In this document: piece after piece, positions 25,804 through 39,683 of the stretch
Numbering within the stretch: the first letter of the stretch is position 1
How the letters are laid out: the number at the start of each line of letters is the position of its first letter
Assembly (NCBI RefSeq): GCF_009914755.1
Contig: NC_060946.1
Source of the DNA: the human T2T-CHM13v2.0 reference genome, Homo sapiens
Length of the DNA: 64,000 nt
Reading direction: 5' to 3' (one strand)
Program-made: the position numbers and the translations under genes
The notes under the pieces: model-generated
The model's input: only the letters and a program-made list of their open reading frames with translations
Told to the model about the DNA's origin: nothing
Databases searched by the model: none

Positions 25804-27367
25804 CTAGGATGTGCCTAAATTAACTTTTTGACATAACCCTGTACTGATCATCCAGGTGATGGAGCTTTTGTCTAGGCTCTGCCTAAGGGGGCATTGTGAC
25901 ATATTTCTGCATTGATCACCCAGGTGGCGAACTCTTCTCTCGGATCTGCCTATGGGGGCATTGTGAGAAATCTCTGCACTGATCACCCAGGTGATGTAAC
26001 TGTTGTGTAACCTCTGCCTACAGGGGAATTGTGAGAGATCTCGTCACTGATTACCCAAATGATGTAACCATTGTCTAGGCTTTGCGTACAGGGGGCTTTG
26101 TGACATACCTTTGCACTGATCACCCAGGTGATGTAACACATCTAAGTTCGGCCTAAAGGAGCTTTGTGACATATCTCTGCACTGATCACTTAGGTGATGT
26201 AACACTTTTATAATCACTGCCTACAGGGAATTTTGACAAATCTCTGCACTGATCACCTAGGTGATGTAACTGTTGTCTACCCTCTGTCCAACGGGGCATT
26301 GTGAAATATCTCTACACTGATCACCCAGGTGATTCAACTCTTGACTAGGAATTGCCTACATAGGTTATTGTGAAATATCTCTGCACTGATAAACTAGGTG
26401 GTGTAACCCTTGTCCAAGCTCTGCCTACATGGTCGTTTCCACATATCCCTGAACTGATGACAAAGGTGATGTAACTCTTGCCTAGGCTTTGCCTACAGGG
26501 AACATTGGACATATATCTGCACTGATCACCCAGGTGATCTTACTCTGTTCTAAGCTCTGCCTAAAGGGGCATTGTGACAGATCTCTGCACTGATCACTCT
26601 GGTGATGTAAGTATTGTCTAGGCTCTGCTTCAAGGGGCCTTGTCACATATCTCTGCACTGATCACCCAGGTGATGTAACTCTTGTCTAGGCTCTGCTTCC
26701 AGGGCATATTGTGACATATCTATGCACTGATCACCTTAGTGATGTAACACTTTGGTAGGCTCGGCCTACAGGGGAATCTTGACATATCTCTGCACTGTTA
26801 ACCGAGGTGATTTAACTCTTGTCTAGGCTGTGCCCACAGGGGGATTGAGACATATCTCTGCACTGATCCCGAGGTGATACAACTCTTGCCTGGTCTCTGC
26901 CTACTGTGGACATTGTGACATATCTCTGCACTGATCTCCCAGGTGCTGAAACTTTAGTCTAGGCTCTGGCTACACGGCATTGTGACATATCACTGCACTG
27001 ATCACCCAGGCGATATAACTCTTCTCTAGGATCTGACCACAGGGTGCTTTGTGACATATCCCTGCAATGATCACCCAGGTGATATACCACTTGCCAAGGC
27101 TCTGCCTACAGGGGCATTGCTATGTATCTCTGCACTGATCACCTAGGTCTTGTAGCTATTTTCTAGGATCTGCCTACAGGGTTCTTTGTGAAGTGTCCCA
27201 GCAAGGATTACCCAGGTGCTGTACCTCTCATCAAGGCTCTGCCTACAGGCACATTGTGATGTATCTCTGCACTGATCACCTCGGTCATGTAACTTTTTTC
27301 TAGGCTCTACCTACGATGGCATTGTGACATATCTCTGCACTAATCATCCAAGTGATGTAACTCTTGT
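25804..27367. repeat. 23-mer deletion HOR variant (subtype A)
   Basis: 1564-bp landmark spacing; fusion junction 'atatatctgcactgatcacccaggtgatcttactctg' at about 26511-26547. Confidence 0.9.
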
Positions 27368-30300
27368 CTAGGATGTGCCTAAATTAACTTTTTGACATAA
27401 CCATGTACTGATCATCCAGGTGATGGAGCTTTTGTCTAGGCTCTTCCTAAGGGGGCATTGTGACATATTTCTGCATTGATCACCCAGGTGGCGAACTCTT
27501 CTCTCTGATCTGCCTATGGGGGCATTGTGAGAAATCTCTGCACTGATCACCCAGGTGATGTAACTGTTGTGTAACCTCTGACTACAGGGGAATTGTGAGA
27601 GATCTCGTCACTCATTACCCAAGTGATGTAACCATTTTCTAGGCTTTGCGTATAGGGGGCTTTGTGACATACCTTTGCACTGATCACCCAGGTGATGTAA
27701 CACATCTAAGTTCGGCCTAAAGGAGCTTTGTGACATATCTCTGCTCTGATCACTTAGGTGATGTAACACTTTTATAATCACTGCCTACAGGGAATTTTGA
27801 CAAATCTCTGCACTGATCACCTAGGTGATGTAACTCTTGTCTACCCTCTGTCCAACGGGGCATTGTGAAATATCTCTGCACTGATCACCCAGGTGATTCA
27901 ACTCTTGACTAGGGACTGCCGATAGAGGTTATTGTGAAATATCTCTGCACTGATAAACTAGGTGGTGTAACCCTTGTCCACGCTCGGCCTACAGGGGCGT
28001 TTCCACATATCCCTGAACTGATGACAAAGGTGATGTAACTCTTGCCTAGGCTTTGCCTGCAGGGAACATTGGACATATATCTGCACTGATCACCCAGGTG
28101 ATGCAACTCTTGCCTAGGCTTTGCCTACAGGGGCATTGTGACATATCTCTTCAATGATCACTCATGTGATGTATCTCTTGCCTAGGCTTTGCCTACAGGG
28201 GACATTGTGACATATCTCTGCACTGATCTCCCAGGTGCTGTAACTTTAGTCTAGGCTCTGGCTACACGGCATTGTGACCTACCTCTGCACTGATCACCCA
28301 GGTGATATAACTCTTCTCTAGGATCTGCCTACAGGGTACTTTGTGACATATCCCTGCACTGATCACCCAGGTGATTTAACTCTGGTCTAAGCTCTCCCTA
28401 AGGGGCATTGTGACAGATCTCTGCACTGATCACTCTGGTGATGTAAGTATTGTCTAGGCTCTGCTTCAAGGGGCCTTGTCACATATCTCTGCACTGATCA
28501 CCCAGGTGATGTAACTCTTGTCTAGGCTCTGCTTCCAGGGCATATTGTGACATATCTATGCACTGATCACCTTAGTGATGTAACACTTTGGTAGGCTCGG
28601 CCTACAGGGGAATCTTGACATATCTCTGCACTGTTAACCGAGGTGATTTAACTCTTGTCTAGGCTGTGCCCACAGGGGGATTGAGACATATCTCTGCACT
28701 GATCCCGAGGTGATACAAGTCTTGCCTGGTCTCTGCCTACTGTGGACATTGGGACATATCTCTGCACTGATCTCCCAGGTGCTAAAACTTTAGTCTAGGC
28801 TCTGGCTACACGGCATTGTGACATATCACTGCACTGATCACCCAGGCGATATAACTCTTCTCTAGGATCTGACCACAGGGTGCTTTGTGACATATCCCTG
28901 CAATGATCACCCAGGTGATATACCACTTGCCAAGGCTCTGCCTACAGGGGCATTGCAATGTATCTCTGCACTGATCACCTAGGTCTTGTAGCTATTTTCT
29001 GGGATCTGCCTACAGGGTGCTTTGTGACGTGTCCCAGCAAGGATTACCCAGGTGATGTACCTCTCATCAAGGCTCTGCCTACAGGCACATTGTGATGTAT
29101 CTCTGCACTGATCACCTCGGTCATGTAACTTTTTTCTAGGCTCTACCTACGATGGCATTGTGACATATCTCTGCACTAATCATCCAAGTGATGTAACTCT
29201 TGTCTAGGATGTGCCTAAATTAACTTTTTGACATAACCCTGTACTGATCATCCAGGTGATGGAGCTTTTGTCTAGGCTCTGCCTAAGGGGGCATTGTGAC
29301 ATATTTCTGCATTGATCACCCAGGTGACGAACTCTTCTCTCGGATCTGCCTATGGGGGCATTGTGAGAAATCTCTGCACTGACCACCCAGGTGATGTAAC
29401 TGTTGTGTAACCTCTGCCTACAGGGGAATTGTGAGAGATCTCGTCACTGATTACCCAAGTGATGTAACCATTGTCTAGGCTTTGCGTACAGGGGGCTTTG
29501 TGACATACCTTTGCACTGATCACCCAGGTGATGTAACACATCTAAGTTAGGCCTAAAGGAGCTTTGTGACATATCTCTGCACTGATCACTTAGTTGATGT
29601 AACACTTTTATAATCACTGCCTACAGGGAATTTTGACAAATCTCTGCACTGATCACCTAGGTGTTGTAACTCTTGTCTACCCTCTGTCCAACGGGGCATT
29701 GTGAAATATCTCTGCACTGATCACCCAGGTGATTCAACTCTTGAGTAGGATCTGCCTACAGAGGTTATTGTGAAATATCTCTGCACTGATAAACTAGGTG
29801 GTGTAACCCTTGTCCAAGCTCTGCCTACAGGGTCGTTTCCACATATCCCTGAACTGATGACAAAGGTGATGTAACTCTTGCCTAGGCTTTGCCTACAGGG
29901 AACATTGGACATATATCTACACTGATCACCCAGGTGATGCAACTCTTGCTTAGGCTTTGCCTACAGGGGACAGCGTGACATATCTCTTCAATGATCACTC
30001 ATGTGATGCATCTCTTGCCTAGGCTTTGCCTACAGGGGACATTGTGACATATCTCTGCACTGATCTCCCAGGTGCTGTAACTTTAGTCTAGGCTCTGGCT
30101 ACACGGCATTGTGACCTACCTCTGCACTGATCACCCAGGTGATATAACTCTTCTCTAGGATCTGCCTACAGGGTACTTTGTGACATATCCCTGCACTGAT
30201 CACCCAGGTGATCTAACTCTGGTCTAAGCTCTGCCTAAAGGGGCATTGTGACAGATCTCTGCACTGATCACTCTGGTGATGTAAGTATTGTCTAGGCTCT

Positions 30301-32879
30301 GCTTCAAGGGGCCTTGTCACATATCTCTGCACTGATCACCCAGGTGATGTAACTCTTATCTAGGCTCTGCTTCCAGGGCATATTGTGACATATCTATGCA
30401 CTGATCACCTTAGTGATGTAACACTTTGGTAGGCTCGGCCTACAGGGGAATCTTGACATATCTCTGCACTGTTAACCGAGGTGATTTAACTCTTGTCTAG
30501 GCTGTGCCCACAGGGGGATTGAGACATATCTCTGCACTGATCCCGAGGTGATACAAGTCTTGCCTGGTCTCTGCCTACTGTGGACATTGGGACATATCTC
30601 TGCACTGATCTCCCAGGTGCTGTAACTTTAGTCTAGGCTCTGGCTACACGGCATTGTGACATATCACTGCACTGATCACCCAGGCGATATAACTCTTCTC
30701 TAGGATCTGACCACAGGGTGCTTTGTGACATATCCCTGCAATGATCACCCAGGTGATATACCACTTGCCAAGGCTCTGCCTACAGGGGCATTGTAATGTA
30801 TCTCTGCACTGATCACCTAGGTCTTGTAGCTATTTTCTAGGATCTGCCTACAGGGTTCTTTGTGACGTGTCCCAGCAAGGATTACCCAGGTGATGTACCT
30901 CTCATCAAGGCTCTGCCTACAGGCACATTGTGATGTATCTCTGCACTGATCACCTCGGTCATGTAACTTTTTTCTAGGCTCTACCTACGATGGCATTGTG
31001 ACATATCTCTGCACTAATCATCCAAGTCATGTAACTCTTGTCTAGGATGTGCCTAAATTAACCTTTTGACATAACCGTGTACTGATCATCCAGGTGATGG
31101 AGCTTTTGTCTAGGCTCTGCCTAAGGGGGCATTGTGACATATTTCTGCATTGATCACCGAGGTGGCGAACTCTTCTCTCGGATCTGCCTATGGGGGCATT
31201 GTGAGAAATCTCTGCACTGATCACCCAGGTGATGTAACTGTTGTATAACCTCTGCCTAAAGGGGAATTGTGAGAGATCTCGTCACTCATTACCCAAGTGA
31301 TGTAACCATTGTCTAGTCTTTGCGTACAGGGGGCTTTGTGACATACCTTTGCACTGATCACCCAGGTGATGTAACACATCTAAGTTCGGCCTAAAGGAGC
31401 TTTGTGACATATCTCTGCACTGATCACTTAGGTGATGTAACACTTTTATAATCACTGCCTACAGGGAATTTTGACAAATCTCTGCACTGATCACCTAGTT
31501 GATGTAACTCTTGTCTACCCTCTGTCCAACGGGGCATTGTGAAATATCTCTGCACTGATCACCCAGGTGATTCAACTCTTGACTAGGAACTGCCTACAGA
31601 GGTTATTGTGAAATATCTCTGCACTGATAAACTAGGTGGTGTAACCCTTGTCCAAGCTCTGCCTACAGGGGCGTTTCCACATATCCCTGAACTGATGACA
31701 AAGGTGATGTAACTCTTGCCTAGGCTTTGCCTACAGGGAACATTGGACATATATCTGCACTGATCACCCAGGTGATGCAACTCTTGCCTAGGCTTTGCCT
31801 ACAGGGGACATTGTGACATATCTCTTCAATGATCACTCATGTGATGTATCTCTTGCCTAGGCTTTGCCTACAGGGGACATTGTGACATATCTCTGCACTG
31901 ATCTCCCAGGTGCTGTAACTTTAGTCTAGGCTCTGGCTACACGGCATTGTGACCTACCTCTGCACTGATCACCCAGGTGATATAACTCTTCTCTAGGATC
32001 TGCCTACAGGGTACTTTGTGACATATCCCTGCACTGATCACCCAGGTGATCTAACTCTGGTCTAAGCTCTGCCTAAAGGGGCATTGTGACAGATCTCTGC
32101 ACTGATAACTCTGGTGATGTAAGTATTGTCTAGGCTCTGCTTCAAGGGGCCTTGTCACATATCTCTGCACTGATCACCCAGGTGATGTAACTCTTGTCTA
32201 GGCTCTGCTTCCAGGGCATATTGTGACATATCTATGCACTGATCACCTTAGTGATGTAACACTTTGGTAGGCTCGGCCTACAGGGGAATCTTGACATATC
32301 TCTGCACTGTTAACCGAGGTGATTTAACTCTTGTCTAGGCTGTGCCCACAGGGGGATTGAGACATATCTCTGCACTGATCCCGAGGTGATACAACTCTTG
32401 CCTGGTCTCTGCCTACTGTGGACATTGGGACATATCTCTGCACTGATCTCCCAGGTGCTGTAACTTTAGTCTAGGCTCTGGCTACACGGCATTGTGACAT
32501 ATCACTGCACTGATCACCCAGGCGATATAACTCTTCTCTAGGATCTGACCACAGGGTGCTTTGTGACATATCCCTGCAATGATCACCCAGGTGATATACC
32601 ACTTGCCAAGGCTCTGCCTACAGGGGCATTGCTATGTATCTCTGCACTGATCACCTAGGTCTTGTAGCTATTTTCTAGGATCTGCCTACAGGGTGCTTTG
32701 TGACGTGTCCCAGCAAGGATTACCCAGGTGATGTACCTCTCATCAAGGCTCTGCCTACAGGCACATTGTGATGTATCTCTGCACTGATCACCTCGGTCAT
32801 GTAACTTTTTTCTAGGCTCTACCTACGATGGCATTGTGACATATCTCTGCACTAATCATCCAAGTGATGTAACTCTTGT

Positions 32880-34443
32880 CTAGGATGTGCCTAAATTAAC
32901 TTTTTGACATAACCCTGTACTGATCATCCAGGTGATGGAGCTTTTGTCTAGGCTCTGCCTAAGGGGGCATTGTGACATATTTCTGCATTGATCACCCAGG
33001 TGGCGAACTCTTCTCTCGGATCTGCCTATGGGGGCATTGTGAGAAATCTCTGCACTGATCACCCAGGTGATGTAACTGTTGTGTAACCTCTGCCTACAGG
33101 GGAATTGTGAGAGATCTCGTCACTGATTACCCAAGTGATGTAACCAATGTCTAGGCTTTGCGTACAGGGGGCTTTGTTACATACCTTTGCACTGATCACC
33201 CAGGTGATGTAACACATCTAAGTTCGGCCTTAAGGAGCTTTGTGACATATCTCTGCACTGATAACTTAGGTGATGTAACACTTTTATAATCACTGCCTAC
33301 AGGGAATTTTGACAAATCTCTGCACTGATCACCTAGGTGATGTAACTCTTGTCTACCCTCTGTCCAACGGGGCATTGTGAAATATCTCTGCACTGATCAC
33401 CCAGGTGATTCAACTCTTGACTAGGAACTGCCTAGAGAGGTTATTGTGAAATATCTCTGCACTGATAAACCAGGGGGTGTAACACTTGTCCAAGCTCTGC
33501 CTACAGGGTCGTTTCCACATATCCCTGAACTGATGACAAAGGTGATGTAACTCTTGCCTAGGCTTTTCTTACAGGGAACATTGGACATATATCTGCACTG
33601 ATCACCCAGGTGATCTTACTCTGGTCTAAGCTCTGCCTAAAGGGGCATTGTGACAGATCTCTGCACTGATCACTCTGGTGATGTAAGTATTGTCTAGGCT
33701 CTGCTTCAAGGGGCCTTGTCACATATCTCTGCAGTGATCACCCAGGTGATGTAACTCTTGTCTAGGCTCTGCTTCCAGGGCATATTGTGACATATCTATG
33801 CACTGATCACCTTAGTGATGTAACACTTTGGTAGGCTCGGCCTACAGGGGAATCTTGACATATCTCTGCACTGTTAACCGAGGTGATTTAACTCTTGTCT
33901 AGGCTGTGCCCACAGGGGGATTGAGACATATCTCTGCACTGATCCCGAGGTGATACAACTCTTGCCTGGTCTCTGCCTACTGTGGACATTGTGACATATC
34001 TCTGCACTGATCTCCCAGGTGCTGAAACTTTAGTCTAGGCTCTGACTACACGGCATTGTGACATATCACTGCACTGAACACCCAGGCGATATAACTCTTC
34101 TCTAGGATCTGACCACAGGGTGCTTTGTGACATATCCCTGCAATGATCACCCAGGTGATATACCACTTGCCAAGGCTCTGCATACAGGGGCATTGCAATG
34201 TATCTCTGCACTGATCACCTAGGTCTTGTAGCTATTTTCTAGGATCTGCCTACAGGGTTCTTTGTGACGTGTCCCAGCAAGGATTACCCAGGTGATGTAC
34301 CTCTCATCAAGGCTCTGCCTACAGGCACATTGTGATGTATCTCTGCACTGATCACCTCGGTCATGTAACTTTTTTCTAGGCTCTACCTACGATGGCATTG
34401 TGACATATCTCTGCACTAATCATCCAAGTGATGTAACTCTTGT
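32880..34443. repeat. 23-mer deletion HOR variant (subtype E)
   Basis: 1564-bp spacing; same fusion junction at about 33593; private variants cctagagagg and ggcttttcttacag. Confidence 0.9.
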
Positions 34444-37400
34444 CTAGGATGTGCCTAAATTAACTTTTTGACATAACCCTGTACTGATCATCCAGGTGAT
34501 GGAACTTTTGTCTAGGCTCTGCCTAAGGGGGCATTGTGACATATTTCTGCATTGATCTCCCAGGTGGCGAACTCTTCTCTCGGATCTGCCTATGGGGGCA
34601 TTGTGAGAAATCTCTGCACTGATCACCCAGGTGATGTAACTGTTGTGTAACCTCTGCCTACAGGGGAATTGTGAGAGATCTCGTCACTCATTACCGAAGT
34701 GATGTAACCATTGCCTAGGCTTTGCGTACAGGGGGCTTTGTGACATACCTTTGCACTGATCACCCAGGTGATGTAACACATCTAAGTTCGGCCTAAAGGA
34801 GCTTTGTGACATATCTCTGCACTGATCACTTAGGTGATGTAACACTTTTATAATCACTGCCTACAGGGAATTTTGACAAATCTGTACACTGATCACCTAG
34901 GTGATGTAACTATTGTCTACCCTCTGTCCAACGGGGCATTGTGAAATATCTCTGCACTGATCACCCAGGTGATTCAACTCTTGACTAGGAACTGCCTACA
35001 GAGGTTATTGTGAATTATCTCTGCACTGATAAACTAGGTGGTGTAACCCTTGTCCAAGCTCTGCCTACAGGGGCGTTTCCACATATCCCTGAACTGATGA
35101 CAAAGGTGATGTAACTCTTGCCTAGGCTTTGCCTACAGGGAACATTGGACATATATCTGCACTGATCACCCAGGTGATGCAACTCTTGCCTAGGCTTTGC
35201 CTACAGGGGACATTGTGACATATCTCTTCAATGATCACTCATGTGATGCATCTCTTGCCTAGGCTTTGCCTACAGGGGACATTGTGACATATCTCTGCAC
35301 TGATCTCCCAGGTGCTGTAACTTTAGTCTAGGCTCTGGCTACACGGCATTGTGACCTACCTCTGCACTGATCACCCAGGTGATATAACTCTTCTCTAGGA
35401 TGTGCCTACAGGGTACTTTTTGACATATCCCTGCACTGATGACCCAGGTGATCTAACTCTGGTCTAAGCTCTGCCTAAAGGGGCATTGTGACAGATCTCT
35501 GCACTGATCACTCTGGTGATGTAAGTATTGTCTAGGCTCTGCTTCAAGGGGCCTTGTCACATATCTCTGCACTGATCACCCAGGTGAAGTAACTCTTGTC
35601 TAGGCTCTGCTTCCAGGGCATATTGTGAGATATCTATGCACTGATCACCTTAGTGATGTAACACTTTGGTAGGCTCGGCCTACAGGGGAATCTTGACATA
35701 TCTCTGCACTGTTAACCGAGGTGATTTAACTCTTGTCTAGGCTGTGCCCACAGGGGGATTGAGACATATCTCTGCACTGATCCCGAGGTGATACAACTCT
35801 TGCCTGGTCTCTGCCTACTGTGGACATTGTGACATATCTCTGCACTGATCTCCCAGGTGCTGTAACTTTACTCTAGGCTCTGGCTGCACGGCATTGTGAC
35901 ATATCACTGCACTGATCACCCAGGCGATATAACTCTTCTCTAGGATCTGACCACAGGGTGCTTTGTGACATATCCCTGCAATGATCACCCAGGTGATATA
36001 CCACTTGCCAAGGCTCTGCCTACAGGGGCATTGCAATGTATCTCTGCACTGATCACCTAGGTCTTGTAGCTAATTTCTAGGATCTGCCTACAGGGTGCTT
36101 TGTGACGTGTCCCAGCAAGGATTACCCAGGTGATGTACCTCTCATCAAGGCTCTGCCTACAGGCACATTGTGATGTATCTCTGCACTGATCACCTCGGTC
36201 ATGTAACTTTTTTCTAGGCTCTACCTACGATGGCATTGTGACATATATCTGCACTAATCATCCAAGTGATGTAACTCTTGTCTAGGATGTGCCTAAATTA
36301 ACTTTTTGACATAACCCTGTACTGATCATCCAGGTGATGGAGCTTTTGTCTAGGCTCTGCCTAAGGGGACATTGTGACATATTTCTGCATTGATCACCCA
36401 GGTGGCGAACTCTTCTCTCGGATCTGCCTATGGGGGCATTGTGAGAAATCTCTCCACTGATCACACAGGTGATGTAACTGTTGTGTAACCTCTGCCTACA
36501 GGGGAATTGTGAGAGATCTCGTCACTGATTACCCAAGTGATGTAACCATTGTCTAGGCTTTGCGTACAGGGGGCTTTGTGACATACCTTTGCACTGATCA
36601 CCCAGGTGATGTAACACATCTAAGTTAGGCCTAAAGGAGCTTTGTGACATATCTCTGCACTGATCACTTAGTTGATGTAACACTTTTATAATCACTGCCT
36701 ACAGGGAATTTTGACAAATCTCTGCACTGATCACCTAGGTGTTGTAACTCTTGTCTACCCTCTGTCCAACGGGGCATTGTGAAATATCTCTGCACTGATC
36801 ACCCAGGTGATTCAACTCTTGAGTAGGATCTGCCTACAGAGGTTATTGTGAAATATCTCTGCACTGATAAACTAGGTGGTGTAACCCTTGTCCAAGCTCT
36901 GCCTACAGGGTCGTTTCCACATATCCCTGAACTGATGACAAAGGTGATGTAACTCTTGCCTAGGCTTTGCCTACAGGGAACATTGGACATATATCTACAC
37001 TGATCACCCAGGTGATGCAACTCTTGCTTAGGCTTTGCCTACAGGGGACAGCGTGACATATCTCTTCAATGATCACTCATGTGATGCATCTCTTGCCTAG
37101 GCTTTGCCTACAGGGGACATTGTGACATATCTCTGCACTGATCTCCCAGGTGCTGTAACTTTAGTCTAGGCTCTGGCTACACGGCATTGTGACCTACCTC
37201 TGCACTGATCACCCAGGTGATATAACTCTTCTCTAGGATCTGCCTACAGGGTACTTTGTGACATATCCCTGCACTGATCACCCAGGTGATCTAACTCTGG
37301 TCTAAGCTCTGCCTAAAGGGGCATTGTGACAGATCTCTGCACTGATCACTCTGGTGATGTAAGTATTGTCTAGGCTCTGCTTCAAGGGGCCTTGTCACAT

Positions 37401-38119
37401 ATCTCTGCACTGATCACCCAGGTGATGTAACTCTTATCTAGGCTCTGCTTCCAGGGCATATTGTGACATATCTATGCACTGATCACCTTAGTGATGTAAC
37501 ACTTGTGTAGGCTCGGCCTACAGAGGAATCTTGACATATCTCTGCACTGTTAACCGAGGTGATTTAACTCTTGTCTAGGCTGTGCCCACAGGGGGATTGA
37601 GACATATCTCTGCACTGATCCCGAGGTGATACAACTCTTGCCTGGTCTCTGCCTACTGTGGACATTGTGACATATCTCTGCACTGATCTCCCAGGTGCTG
37701 TAACTTTACTCTAGGCTCTGGCTACACGGCATTGTGACATATCACTGCACTGATCACCCAGGCGATATATCTCTTCTCTAGGATCTGACCACAGGGTGCT
37801 TTGTGACATATCCCTGCAATGATCACCCAGGTGATATACCACTTGCCAAGGCTCTGCCTACAGGGGCATTGCAATGTATCTCTGCACTGATCACCTAGGT
37901 CTTGTAGCTATTTTCTAGGATCTGCCTACAGGGTGCTTTGTGACGTGTCCCAGCAAGGATTACCCAGGTGATGTACCTCTCATCAAGGCTCTGCCTACAG
38001 GCACATTGTGATGTATCTCTGCACTGATCACCTCGGTCATGTAACTTTTTTCTAGGCTCTACGTACGATGGCATTGTGACATATCTCTGCACTAATCATC
38101 CAAGTGATGTAAATCTTGT

Positions 38120-39683
38120 CTAGGATGTGCCTAAATTAACTTTTTGACATAACCCTGTACTGATCATCCAGGTGATGGAGCTTTTGTCTAGGCTCTGCCT
38201 AAGGGGGCATTGTGACATATTTCTGCATTGATCACCCAGGTGGCGAACTCTTCTCTCGGATCTGCCTATGGGGGCATTGTGAGAAATCTCTGCACTGATC
38301 ACCCAGGTGATGTAACTGTTGTGTAACCTCTGCCTACAGGGGAATTGTGAGAGATCTCGTCACTGATTACCCAAATGATGTAACCATTGTCTAGGCTTTG
38401 CGTACAGGGGGCTTTGTGACATACCTTTGCACTGATCACCCAGGTGATGTAACACATCTAAGTTCGGCCTAAAGGAGCTTTGTGACATATCTCTGCACTG
38501 ATCACTTAGGTGATGTAACACTTTTATAATCACTGCCTACAGGGAATTTTGACAAATCTCTGCACTGATCACCTAGGTGATGTAACTGTTGTCTACCCTC
38601 TGTCCAACGGGGCATTGTGAAATATCTCTACACTGATCACCCAGGTGATTCAACTCTTGACTAGGAATTGCCTACATAGGTTATTGTGAAATATCTCTGC
38701 ACTGATAAACTAGGTGGTGTAACCCTTGTCCAAGCTCTGCCTACATGGTCGTTTCCACATATCCCTGAACTGATGACAAAGGTGATGTAACTCTTGCCTA
38801 GGCTTTGCCTACAGGGAACATTGGACATATATCTGCACTGATCACCCAGGTGATCTTACTCTGTTCTAAGCTCTGCCTAAAGGGGCATTGTGACAGATCT
38901 CTGCACTGATCACTCTGGTGATGTAAGTATTGTCTAGGCTCTGCTTCAAGGGGCCTTGTCACATATCTCTGCACTGATCACCCAGGTGATGTAACTCTTG
39001 TCTAGGCTCTGCTTCCAGGGCATATTGTGACATATCTATGCACTGATCACCTTAGTGATGTAACACTTTGGTAGGCTCGGCCTACAGGGGAATCTTGACA
39101 TATCTCTGCACTGTTAACCGAGGTGATTTAACTCTTGTCTAGGCTGTGCCCACAGGGGGATTGAGACATATCTCTGCACTGATCCCGAGGTGATACAACT
39201 CTTGCCTGGTCTCTGCCTACTGTGGACATTGTGACATATCTCTGCACTGATCTCCCAGGTGCTGAAACTTTAGTCTAGGCTCTGGCTACACGGCATTGTG
39301 ACATATCACTGCACTGATCACCCAGGCGATATAACTCTTCTCTAGGATCTGACCACAGGGTGCTTTGTGACATATCCCTGCAATGATCACCCAGGTGATA
39401 TACCACTTGCCAAGGCTCTGCCTACAGGGGCATTGCTATGTATCTCTGCACTGATCACCTAGGTCTTGTAGCTATTTTCTAGGATCTGCCTACAGGGTTC
39501 TTTGTGAAGTGTCCCAGCAAGGATTACCCAGGTGCTGTACCTCTCATCAAGGCTCTGCCTACAGGCACATTGTGATGTATCTCTGCACTGATCACCTCGG
39601 TCATGTAACTTTTTTCTAGGCTCTACCTACGATGGCATTGTGACATATCTCTGCACTAATCATCCAAGTGATGTAACTCTTGT
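38120..39683. repeat. 23-mer deletion HOR variant (subtype A copy)
   Basis: 1564-bp spacing; junction at about 38833; shares ggaattgcctacatagg with the 25804 unit. Confidence 0.9.
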
